DNA of 28,167 nucleotides from Lentisphaeria bacterium (GTDB taxonomy: Bacteria > Verrucomicrobiota > Lentisphaeria > JABSQK01 > JAWLHB01): positions 124,001 through 152,167 of the forward strand of contig JAWLHB010000016.1 in assembly GCA_041690595.1 (NCBI GenBank). Direction: 5' to 3'. Below are positions 18,304 to 25,844 of the stretch, piece by piece. The notes under the pieces are model-generated. The model saw nothing but the letters and a program-made list of their open reading frames with translations, was not told the origin of the DNA and did no database searches. The number at the start of each line of letters is the position of its first letter. Position 1 is the first letter of the stretch. Made by a program: the position numbers and the translations under genes.

Positions 18304-19008
18304 CTACAGCTGCCATGGAGCGATCTTGTTTGTCCAGGAAACCTTGCGAGGTAACGTCATGGACTCCACGTGACCATCCCAGAATGACATCACCGAGGCT
18401 CCGGTGTCCGCCCCCCGATGCGGCGTGCCGGCAAACGTGGAATGGAAAGTATCCAGCGGGTGGAGGCTGGCACGCGTCACGCCACGCGGGTCCCCTGCTT
18501 CAATGGTCATGAAAAGCAGACTCGGCTCGGTCACCCAGCTCACGCGAGTGCCGCCCCAGTGGTCAGCCGACGTCAGATTGTTGTAGGTGTACTTGCGCTG
18601 CGAAGGCGTGGTCAACACCCGCTTGGGCGGATAGCCGGTCACCGTATAGCCACTGCGCCAGGTAGCTGAACTTCCCCACGGATAGCCGCGCATCATCCAG
18701 TCCTTGCTGCTGGGACAGGCCCAGATGCCGGTTTCGTTGACGGGCAACGGAACCACCACCAGGTCGGCTTCATGCAGCTGCCGATACCAGTAGTGGCCCA
18801 TCGGAAAAAGATCCTCAAAATCATCGCCATAGAAGGTGAAGGTCATGTAGATCTGCTTCTGGTTGTTGGCGCATGATGCCTGCTTGGCCATCTCACGCGC
18901 CCGCGTCAGCGCCGGCAGCAGCATGCTGGCCAGAATGGCGATTATCGCTACCACGACCAGCAGTTCGATCAGGGTGAAGGCATCTCTGTGTTGGCGTGTA
19001 CGGCTCAT
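18304..19008 (-). CDS. Prepilin-type N-terminal cleavage/methylation protein with C-terminal H-Xn-DG motif (DUF1559-like), pilin-like A, 234 aa
   Basis: AAGGAG RBS, ATG 19008. [71 protein letters not shown]. Confidence 0.9.
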   Translation of the reverse strand: MSRTRQHRDAFTLIELLVVVAIIAILASMLLPALTRAREMAKQASCANNQKQIYMTFTFYGDDFEDLFPMGHYWYRQLHEADLVVVPLPVNETGIWACPSSKDWMMRGYPWGSSATWRSGYTVTGYPPKRVLTTPSQRKYTYNNLTSADHWGGTRVSWVTEPSLLFMTIEAGDPRGVTRASLHPLDTFHSTFAGTPHRGADTGASVMSFWDGHVESMTLPRKVSWTNKIAPWQL

Positions 19009-19024
19009 GATGGTCTCCTTGGTT

Positions 19025-19036
19025 TGTAACGTTAAA
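19025..19036. promoter_or_regulatory. Putative LacI-family operator O2 (TGTAACGTTAAA)
   Basis: Identical 12-mer to 20155-20166; lies a few nt upstream of the pilin-like A RBS. Confidence 0.75.
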
Positions 19037-19062
19037 GAGTCTCGTTCGAAGTTAAGGCACAA

Positions 19063-20139
19063 CTAGGCTGGTGGGGCGGTGCTGCCGCGGAGGACCAGTT
19101 CGACTGGCATGTGTAGGGTTTCGTCGCTGAAGTGGTCCGCGCGGATCTTCTTCAGCAGCAGTTCAGCGGAACGTCTTCCAATCTCTTCGAGAGGAAGTCG
19201 CACGGTGGTAAGCAGATTTCCGCCGTCCGGGCCCGGCAGGGTATGGGTATCGTCGAAGCCGATGAGGCTGATGTCATGCGGCAGGCGGAAGCCGTCGGCT
19301 TCGAGCCAGCCGGCGAGGAGACATGCAGTCATGTCGTTGGCGCCAAAAATAGCCCGGCAGCCAGGATGCTGCGCCAACATGGTTCGCAACATCTCGCGAC
19401 TGCGCTCCGGTTCCTCCGTCCAGTACGGCATCAGGTGAACGGCGGCATCCGGATCCAGACCGCGATCGAGGCATGCCTGCCGGCACCCTTTCACCCGCTG
19501 TCGGTGCTGCCAGCGGTCGAAGGTGACACACAGAAGCTCCCGATGCCCCAGATCCAGGAGGTGCGACATCAGCGCATGGCCGCCACCGACATCGTCTACC
19601 AGTACGCAGGAGCAATCCTCCTGCGCTTCCATGATGCAGACAATGGGCCGATGCCCGAAGCCTGGTTCGGCTCGCAGCATGGTCACGATGCTCTCGATGT
19701 GCGGAATGCCCGAAAGCGTGAGTACACCATCCACCTCCCCGCGGCCGAAGATGGTCGGCAGTTTGCTCGGCAGGACCCTGTCCATCGGCGTCCAGTTGCT
19801 CAGCAGCGAAAAGCCCGCCTGGTCGAAGACGTCGCCAATGCCCTGCAGCAATTGGGTAAAATAGGTGCCATGCGCGTGACGCAGCGAGAAGTAGAGACCG
19901 ACGAGCTGATTGATCAGGTTGGGCTCTTCCGCGCCATATCGCAACCGCCTGGCCGCCAGCGTCTGGGCCGGATTGTAGCCCAACTCGAGCGCCGCTTCCC
20001 GAACCCGCGCCACCGTTTCCGGACGCAGGGAATCGCACTTTTCGCGCAGAGCCATGGATACCGTCATAACGCTCAAGTCGCAAAGGTCCGCGATGTCCCG
20101 TTGCGTGACTGTCGGCTGCTTGGCTCGTTTGGCTATCAT
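19063..20139 (-). CDS. LacI-family transcriptional regulator, 358 aa
   Basis: HTH VTQRDIADLCDLSVMTVSMALR; AALELGYNP..AARRLR hinge; periplasmic-binding-fold motifs HLLDLGHR, AIFGANDMTA, LPHDISLIGFDD, LTTVRLP, LVLRGST. Confidence 0.95.
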   Translation of the reverse strand: MIAKRAKQPTVTQRDIADLCDLSVMTVSMALREKCDSLRPETVARVREAALELGYNPAQTLAARRLRYGAEEPNLINQLVGLYFSLRHAHGTYFTQLLQGIGDVFDQAGFSLLSNWTPMDRVLPSKLPTIFGRGEVDGVLTLSGIPHIESIVTMLRAEPGFGHRPIVCIMEAQEDCSCVLVDDVGGGHALMSHLLDLGHRELLCVTFDRWQHRQRVKGCRQACLDRGLDPDAAVHLMPYWTEEPERSREMLRTMLAQHPGCRAIFGANDMTACLLAGWLEADGFRLPHDISLIGFDDTHTLPGPDGGNLLTTVRLPLEEIGRRSAELLLKKIRADHFSDETLHMPVELVLRGSTAPPA

Positions 20140-20154
20140 GAATAGAGGCCGCCC

Positions 20155-20166
20155 TGTAACGTTAAA
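20155..20166. promoter_or_regulatory. Putative LacI-family operator O1 (TGTAACGTTAAA) overlapping the predicted transcription start
   Basis: Begins 2 nt downstream of the -10 element on the minus strand; CG-centred palindromic core. Confidence 0.8.
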
Positions 20167-20168
20167 CC

Positions 20169-20197
20169 AGTATAGGATTATGCCTCCCGCATGTCAA
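20169..20197 (-). promoter_or_regulatory. Sigma70-type promoter of the lacI-led operon
   Basis: Minus strand reads TTGACA (20197-20192), a 17-nt spacer, then TATACT (20174-20169): perfect -35, 5/6 -10, optimal spacing. Confidence 0.85.
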
Positions 20198-20221
20198 GTC
20201 GAGTCCGATCAATTATCCGCG

Positions 20222-22912
20222 TCAGGGCGGCGGCGGCAGTTCTAGTTCCGCGATGGCGTGGGGCGCCATGGGGAGTCGCGGCTCGGTCCCGCCCGGAAGG
20301 CGAAGGCGCGCTTCGACCGGACGATCCCCCAGATTGCAGAGACGCAGGCTCGTCGGCTCCATAGCGGTCAGCACCACCTCCTCGGGAGAGATCTCCACGC
20401 CGTCGAGGATAGGGCCGTGGCCGGTGATCGGTGGCAGCGCGAAGGCCTGCGCTTCCTTCCAGAGCTGAACGATGGCCGCATCCTCCTCGACCGGACGCCA
20501 GGCCCAGTGAAAATCGTAGCTGCCGTGCGCGTGAAGGAAGGAGGTGTCGACGTATGGGTCGTGATCGGTACGGCGGGCAAGGCTGGCGGCTGGCGTGCCG
20601 GGACGCACACTGTGCCCCTGAGTCATGGGGTGGATGATGGATGCCCCAAGGGAGAGCCCCAGCCATTCCTCGCCGCCATGGCGCCAGCGGAAAAAATGCT
20701 TGAGTCCGCGGGTGAAGAGCCCCATCCGGCGCTGCCGGTCCCCGGCGACTGCCAGGTTCATGCCGATGAAGGGAGAGAAGCCCAGCCACCAGTCGCGGCG
20801 ATCGGTATGCCAGCTCGGCTGATGATCGGTGAGCATCTCCTGCAGGTAATAGGGTTTGTCGGCCACATAGGTGGCCCCCGGCCCGACAGGCGCCATCACC
20901 ACCAGGCCGGGTATATACGGGCGCTCGCACTGGGCGCCGAGCAGCGAGCCATCGGCGGGATCGAAGGGGGGCGAGGAGAGCCCGAGGCGCACCGGCTCCG
21001 GAAAGTGAAAGCGGGCGCTGTACTCGACGGCGGCAGCGCCGGCCCGGAGGCTCACCTCCAGTTCATAGGTGAGGTCGGGCATCTCGCCCGTAAAACGCAG
21101 CGTTTGCAGAGCCGCCGTTCGCCGCACGACGGTGTAGCCGGTGGGCGTGGCCATGGTACGCGCCACGCGGTAGAGGAGCCGGAGGTGCCAGAGCCTGCCG
21201 ACGGCCAGCTCACGGCCGGCTTCGTCTTCGGCGCGCAGATCGGAAAGCATGGCGCTGCCCTGCGTGAGCAGCCAAATCCTCACCCGCAGCCGTCGCGCCC
21301 CCGCCGTGATCACCCGCAAGCGTTCGATGGCGGCCGTCGCTCGCGGCAATCCTCCCCCGCCCCAGTGCAGCGACTGGAGCGCGTACCAGCTCTTCTCTTC
21401 CGGAAAGTCGTCGGCGCCGTCGAGCGGCAGAGCCTGGATCAGCGCGGCGCTGCCTTCCATCTTCGCGATGCTCAACCAGAGCGCGTCATGCCCCGGCGGC
21501 ACCTCGAGATCCATGGTCGCCACCAGGGAGCCCTCGAAATCGGCAAGGGATTCGCCGGCGGCGAGGTCGAGCCGGCATTCAAGCGGGCTCTCGTGAAGGC
21601 GCATCAACCGCCCCGTTCCGGCGACGGGGACGGGCAGACCGTCGATGTCGCAGCTCAGGATCTCACCCCGCTCGTCGAAGCGGCAGCAAAGGCGCTCATT
21701 GCGCAGGGTCAAGGGGTCATCCTCAACCGGCGGACATTCCAGGCCGTCGGCAATCGCCCGGCTCCCCCACCCCGGTACCCGGCGGATCAGGATGTCGTTC
21801 TCACCTCGGGAGACGACGAGATCGCGCGGCCAGGAAACGGTATTGAAAACGACCGCCTCGCCGGCATGCAGCAGCTCTGCTTCCAGGGCCGTCACGCGCT
21901 GGCGCAGCCGGATCGCCTCGGGCAGGTAATGGAGGCGATAATCGTGACACTGCCACAGAATGTGATTGTCCATGAGGATCCAGGTCGCCTTCCAGAGGTC
22001 GGCCAGCCGGCGCTCAATCGCCTCGCGATCGGCAAGAGGCAGCTGTCCGGCGAGCGCCTCGACAGCCGGGAGGCGAAGCTCGACGCTCTTCACCGCCTGC
22101 TCCAGCAGGAGGCTGTCGATGCAGCCACCATACCATCCCTTGGTGCCCATCAGGCGGCTCTCGACACGAGGGGCGTCCGGCCGCCGCGCCAGATAATCGT
22201 CCAGCCCCAGCGCCACCGCGTTCCGCAGGGCGTCGACATGACGGCCGGCGTTCAACGCATGGTGCAGCTCGATGCTGGTGTGCAACTCGTAGGGCACGAA
22301 CCAGGCACGGTCGGTGTCGAAATCGCCTTCCAGCATCCGGTCATGGAAGACCGTATCGCCGACAACGCGAATGGCGCTGCCGTCTGGACCCACGGCGACG
22401 GCGTCGAGCTGTCCGCCAAGGCAATCGATTCCCAGGAGTGTGGCAAGGCGGGGCATCTGCGGAGTGCCCCAGATGAGATTGTAGCAGAAGTCGTGGTTGA
22501 GCGCCATGCGCGGCGTGACTCCGAAGCGCCGTTGGGCCAGCTCCGCGCTGGCTCTGAAGCTGCGCAGCAGCCCTTCTCCGCTGGTGGCTTCCGCGACGCA
22601 GGCCGCATAGGGATAGATGACGAACTCCAGGCGCCCCGCCTCAACGTACTGACGAAGAGCGGCGAGGGTGGCTACGCTGCCGGGACAGGCGTTGCGTCCC
22701 GGTTCCGGGTTGGCGGTCGTCAGCGCGAGAACCCAGTCGGTGGCATCGCCATCGAGCCACCAGCCGCAGTGGGTCAGCAGGAAGTGGCGTGTCCGTTCGA
22801 GGATCGGTTCAGCCAGAAAGTCGAGATAGGCATCATCCTGAGCATGACGATGCGCCACGCTGGTGCCGGGCGTGATCCATCCCCACTGCAACTGTGCCAG
22901 TTCGAGTTTCAT
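20222..22912 (-). CDS. Divergent GH38 (alpha-mannosidase) fold protein, no signal peptide, 896 aa
   Basis: LRQYVEAGRLEFV..SGEGLLRS..FGVTPRMALNHDF..PQMPRL..LGID matches the GH38 N-domain pattern. VVFNTVSWPR and C-terminal VVLTAMEP..LRLCNL..MAPHAIAEL match the GH38 beta domains. GAAGGGA RBS. Confidence 0.75.
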   Translation of the reverse strand: MKLELAQLQWGWITPGTSVAHRHAQDDAYLDFLAEPILERTRHFLLTHCGWWLDGDATDWVLALTTANPEPGRNACPGSVATLAALRQYVEAGRLEFVIYPYAACVAEATSGEGLLRSFRASAELAQRRFGVTPRMALNHDFCYNLIWGTPQMPRLATLLGIDCLGGQLDAVAVGPDGSAIRVVGDTVFHDRMLEGDFDTDRAWFVPYELHTSIELHHALNAGRHVDALRNAVALGLDDYLARRPDAPRVESRLMGTKGWYGGCIDSLLLEQAVKSVELRLPAVEALAGQLPLADREAIERRLADLWKATWILMDNHILWQCHDYRLHYLPEAIRLRQRVTALEAELLHAGEAVVFNTVSWPRDLVVSRGENDILIRRVPGWGSRAIADGLECPPVEDDPLTLRNERLCCRFDERGEILSCDIDGLPVPVAGTGRLMRLHESPLECRLDLAAGESLADFEGSLVATMDLEVPPGHDALWLSIAKMEGSAALIQALPLDGADDFPEEKSWYALQSLHWGGGGLPRATAAIERLRVITAGARRLRVRIWLLTQGSAMLSDLRAEDEAGRELAVGRLWHLRLLYRVARTMATPTGYTVVRRTAALQTLRFTGEMPDLTYELEVSLRAGAAAVEYSARFHFPEPVRLGLSSPPFDPADGSLLGAQCERPYIPGLVVMAPVGPGATYVADKPYYLQEMLTDHQPSWHTDRRDWWLGFSPFIGMNLAVAGDRQRRMGLFTRGLKHFFRWRHGGEEWLGLSLGASIIHPMTQGHSVRPGTPAASLARRTDHDPYVDTSFLHAHGSYDFHWAWRPVEEDAAIVQLWKEAQAFALPPITGHGPILDGVEISPEEVVLTAMEPTSLRLCNLGDRPVEARLRLPGGTEPRLPMAPHAIAELELPPPP

Positions 22913-23103
22913 GCTGTCCCTTCGTGGCCATTAGTAGTTGTGCATCTGGAGCAGTACAATCTCATCAACAGCCCGCTTCGTCCACTCGGATTGCCGATCT
23001 GGACCGCGCAGGTTTGTCACAGAGATCGCAGAGAAAGACAGCCTGGGCCTGTCGCCGGGGACGCGGGGACGCAGAAAGGCAGGGGGACTCGATCTCGAAG
23101 GAT

Positions 23104-23143
23104 TCGAATGAATCAATTTGATCGATCAAGTCGATTCATTCGA
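23104..23143. repeat. 40-bp near-perfect loopless palindrome
   Basis: TCGAATGAATCAATTTGATC/GATCAAGTCGATTCATTCGA; 18 of 20 positions pair, centre 23123/23124. Confidence 0.85.
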
Positions 23144-23146
23144 TCA

Positions 23147-23206
23147 CCTCGACAGCCTCCAAAGGAGCAGCAGGTCTCCGCTCCCACTCTGTCAGGCCTG
23201 TCGAGG
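23147..23206. repeat. Nested inverted repeat (possible RNA hairpin)
   Basis: CCTCGACAG (23147-23155) pairs with CTGTCGAGG (23198-23206); inner GGAGC (23164-23168) pairs with GCTCC (23180-23184). Confidence 0.45.
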
Positions 23207-23282
23207 CTAACGCCGGTGGAATTGAGCTGACGAGGGATGTGGTCTCAGAGGTTGCTGAGGAAGACTCTTCGGCTTGCCGCGG

Positions 23283-23633
23283 TTAGATCGGGTGTTTTTT
23301 CCCGGCTTCGTTGACGTTGACCAGGGTGACGCTGGTTTCGAAGACCAGCGCCTCTTCTCCGGAGTCGATGCTGTCGCGGAAGACACAGACGGCGTAGCGC
23401 ACGGAGGTCGTTCCCAGATGCTGGCGCACCGCTTCCAGGCGCAGGATTGCCCCCTGCGTCACCGAGGCGCGAAAGACGACATCATCCATGGCGACCGTAA
23501 CAAAACGACGGCCGGGAAACTCACGCACGGCAATGATATAGGCGAGCTCATCGACCCATTGGAGCAAGATGCCGCCAAAGAGAAAGCCGTGGTGGTTGAG
23601 ATGCGGCGGCATGACGAGTTTCCAGCTTTCCAT
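23283..23633 (-). CDS. Acyl-CoA thioesterase (hotdog fold, YciA-like), 116 aa
   Basis: GGGGAGG RBS, ATG 23633; LVMPPHLNHHGFLFGGILLQWVDELA..FVTVAMDDVVF..GTTSV..TLVNVNEAGK. Confidence 0.9.
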   Translation of the reverse strand: MESWKLVMPPHLNHHGFLFGGILLQWVDELAYIIAVREFPGRRFVTVAMDDVVFRASVTQGAILRLEAVRQHLGTTSVRYAVCVFRDSIDSGEEALVFETSVTLVNVNEAGKKHPI

Positions 23634-23930
23634 GGCGACCTCCCCGTAAGTGTTGCTCCAGCATATCCCCTTCCCCATGGCGTGTCCAGTCGGTCCGGGC
23701 CAGGCCTGTCAGGTTCCATATCGACCAGTCGCCCTGCATGGCTAGCTCACTTGGGGCCACGGATGAAGTAAAAGAAGCTGCCATCCTTCTACATCTTGAT
23801 GAGCTGTATGATCTTTTATACGGTAACGTCAGGGATTTTTGCAGTCGAAATCAAGACGCCAGCGAGATTGGATCTGATTCGGCCGCACCTTCTGCTCAGG
23901 CGCAAGATGAAATCCATGAGAGCGGTGTTC

Positions 23931-23946
23931 TGGCACAGTGAATGCA
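23931..23946 (+). promoter_or_regulatory. Putative sigma54 (RpoN) -24/-12 promoter
   Basis: TGGCACAGTGAATGCA: TGGCAC with exact GG-N10-GC spacing, about 75 nt upstream of ATG 24023 and in the correct orientation. Confidence 0.7.
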
Positions 23947-24022
23947 TGAACTGGGTTGTTGGGGTATCGGCCTTGATGCCGATACAGAGAAGAAGAGAAA
24001 CCGCAACCAGAAAGGAGCAACG

Positions 24023-24457
24023 ATGAAAACTGTAATGTACAAACGGCTGTTGGCCATGTTTGCCGCAGTAGCGGCATTCACCGCGTTCAGCTTGACTGCC
24101 AGTGCCCAGGATTATGAGTACGAACCAGGCGAAGGCTACCACGAGGAAGAGTGGTATGACCCGTCTGACTGGGACCTGTTCCAAGACGAGGATAGAGGTG
24201 TCGACTATGAGAGGCGTGACTGGTACGAGTTCGGCTACGATTACTACGATGACGATCTCTACTACGACGACGATTACCTCTACTACGATGACGACTACAG
24301 AGACTACTACGACTACGACGACGATGAGTACGCCCAGGATATCCTGTACGACGACGAGGAGGATACGGGGTGGTTCGTAGTGGACTATGACTATGACTAC
24401 TGGACGGACGACTGGGAAGACGAGGAAACGGACTTCGATGTCTGGTACTTCGACTGA
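24023..24457 (+). CDS. Secreted Asp/Tyr-rich acidic low-complexity protein, 144 aa
   Basis: AAAGGAG RBS, ATG 24023; Sec signal peptide ending ASA; mature region dominated by D, Y, E and W. Confidence 0.85.
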   Translation: MKTVMYKRLLAMFAAVAAFTAFSLTASAQDYEYEPGEGYHEEEWYDPSDWDLFQDEDRGVDYERRDWYEFGYDYYDDDLYYDDDYLYYDDDYRDYYDYDDDEYAQDILYDDEEDTGWFVVDYDYDYWTDDWEDEETDFDVWYFD

Positions 24458-24510
24458 GCATCTATCCGTCAATTCAACCAATCCACAGAAAACAACATGG
24501 AGACACTATA

Positions 24511-25596
24511 ATGCATACACGAAAGAAAGTAGCAGCTCTGGCATGCTCGCTCGCCCTTACTGCCGGTAGCTTTAGCGGCCTTGCCCGCGACACAGGCGGC
24601 GATCAGTCCAAGCAACAGCCGAGCCAGAAGCAGAGCAGTCAGAAGCAACAGAGCCAGCAGCAGAGCAGCAGTCAACTGCAGCCGGAAGCCTGGGTGCGTA
24701 TTGCGTATGATCTGGACCGCGACGGAAGTTTCGAAGCGGTTGAGTATATCAACTACTATGATCTGGAGCGGGCGCGCAACGATTCGCAGCGTCGCCGGCA
24801 GCAGGATCAGAAGATGAGCCAACAGGATCGCAGCCAGCGCGACCGTCGGCAGATGAGCCAACAGGATCGAAGCCAGCGCGACCGTCGGCAGATGAGCCAA
24901 CAGGATCGCAGCCAGCGCGACAGCCAGTTCGTGACCAAACAGCAGCAGAACCTGCAGTCGCGGAATCGTGGCAACCAGCAGGCGGCGACTTACCGCGTGC
25001 AGGGCCGGATCACCAATCTGCGGAGCCTTGAGCTTGCCGGAAAGGAAGGAACGCACCTGCTTGCCAAGATCCGCACGCAGGATGGGCGCATCGCAAAGGT
25101 CGATCTGGGCCGCGAGCGCAATCTGCGCAACGTGGACCTTCAGCAAGGTGACCGGGTGACGGTGACCGGGAAGATCGGTCAGATCAACGGCCGTGCGTTG
25201 CTGATGGCGACTCGGATCAACGCGCAGGGCCGCACCATCACGGCGCAGCGCGGCGAAAGCAAGAAGCTGCAACGTGCCGAAGGCGAGATTCTGCGCACGG
25301 CGACGGTCGACATCGGCAGCGGCCGCGATGCACGTCATGTGATCGCTCTCGTGGACTTTCAGGATGGTCCGCAGCGCACCGTGATCCTTGGGAAAGAGAA
25401 GGAAATCCCGACGGAGCGCCTGAGCGAGAATCAGCAGGCCTCGTTCCTGATCCGCCAGGTGCAGATCGACGGTCAGAACGCTCTTCTTGCGGAAGAGTTC
25501 AAGGTCGGAAACCGCTCGACCAATGTAGAGTGGGAGAACCCGCGGCAGAACATCGAGCGGGTTCCTACCCGCTTCCAGCAGCAGAGGAACCGCTGA
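24511..25596 (+). CDS. Secreted Gln/Arg-rich protein with an EF-hand-like loop and two OB-fold-like repeats, 361 aa
   Basis: GGAG RBS; signal peptide; Q/S-rich linker; DLDRDGSFEAVE; MSQQDRSQRDRRQ repeats; two similar beta-rich units (VQGRI..HLLAKI..VDLG..GDRVTVTG..LLMATRI and AEGEI..HVIALV..VILG..ALLAEEF). Confidence 0.8.
   Translation: MHTRKKVAALACSLALTAGSFSGLARDTGGDQSKQQPSQKQSSQKQQSQQQSSSQLQPEAWVRIAYDLDRDGSFEAVEYINYYDLERARNDSQRRRQQDQKMSQQDRSQRDRRQMSQQDRSQRDRRQMSQQDRSQRDSQFVTKQQQNLQSRNRGNQQAATYRVQGRITNLRSLELAGKEGTHLLAKIRTQDGRIAKVDLGRERNLRNVDLQQGDRVTVTGKIGQINGRALLMATRINAQGRTITAQRGESKKLQRAEGEILRTATVDIGSGRDARHVIALVDFQDGPQRTVILGKEKEIPTERLSENQQASFLIRQVQIDGQNALLAEEFKVGNRSTNVEWENPRQNIERVPTRFQQQRNR
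24812..24921 (+). repeat. In-frame 39-bp tandem repeat, about 2.8 copies
   Basis: Unit AGATGAGCCAACAGGATCGCAGCCAGCGCGACCGTCGGC at 24812, at 24851 (1 mismatch) and partial at 24890. Confidence 0.95.
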
Positions 25597-25635
25597 CGAT
25601 CAGCCGGTGACGAGTTGACCGACATCAGCGCATAG

Positions 25636-25672
25636 AACGGGCGTGGTGCCTCCGGGTGCCACGCCCGTTTTT
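25636..25672 (+). terminator. Rho-independent terminator
   Basis: AACGGGCGTGG..CCACGCCCGTT stem ending in a TTTTT run, 40 nt after the stop at 25596. Confidence 0.85.
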
Positions 25673-25844
25673 CGTGGAGCGATGCATCGTGACCAAGAAT
25701 AAGTAGCGGAAAAAATGTGGGGGGGGCGGTGTGCTCACAAGAGGGGGGCAGAGGCAGCAGCCGTTTTGGGAGGCGATGGCTTTGGGCTATGCTAGATCTC
25801 ATCCACCTGCCACCGGGCAATTTACATAAACGAGGAAGGTTATC

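Noticed and set aside
3442..19062. Extended N-termini in the ORF track (starts 3618, 7168, 8492, 11284, 18279, 19062)
   Set aside because: They overlap or abut upstream genes, or lack an RBS; downstream ATGs have clear RBSs and put signal or prepilin peptides at the N-terminus.
22931..23116. 61-aa minus-strand ORF upstream of the GH38-like gene
   Set aside because: Starts inside the palindrome, with no RBS and no recognisable features.
110..23230. Long plus-strand ORFs (110..1315, 1415..2737, 3461..5146, 6732..8240, 8483..11155, 11892..13937, 14524..16896, 20258..23230)
   Set aside because: Antisense shadows of well-supported minus-strand genes; Arg/His/Pro-rich, no recognisable motifs, and expected in high-GC DNA.
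18351..23831. GTAACGTCA near 18351 and 23823 as extra operators
   Set aside because: The palindromic core is broken; one lies inside a CDS and the other is far from the operon.
23816..24481. Poly-Val (minus strand) and poly-Thr (plus strand) ORFs
   Set aside because: Alternative-frame readings of the GAC/TAC-rich gene, which alone has a strong RBS and a signal peptide.
24812..24921. 39-bp repeats as a possible CRISPR array
   Set aside because: Head-to-tail with no spacers, in frame within a CDS, and no cas genes.
25777..25793. TGGCTTTGGGCTATGCT as a sigma54 promoter for katE
   Set aside because: GG-to-GC spacing is 11, not the strict 10; a TATGCT -10 element is possible but has no supporting -35.
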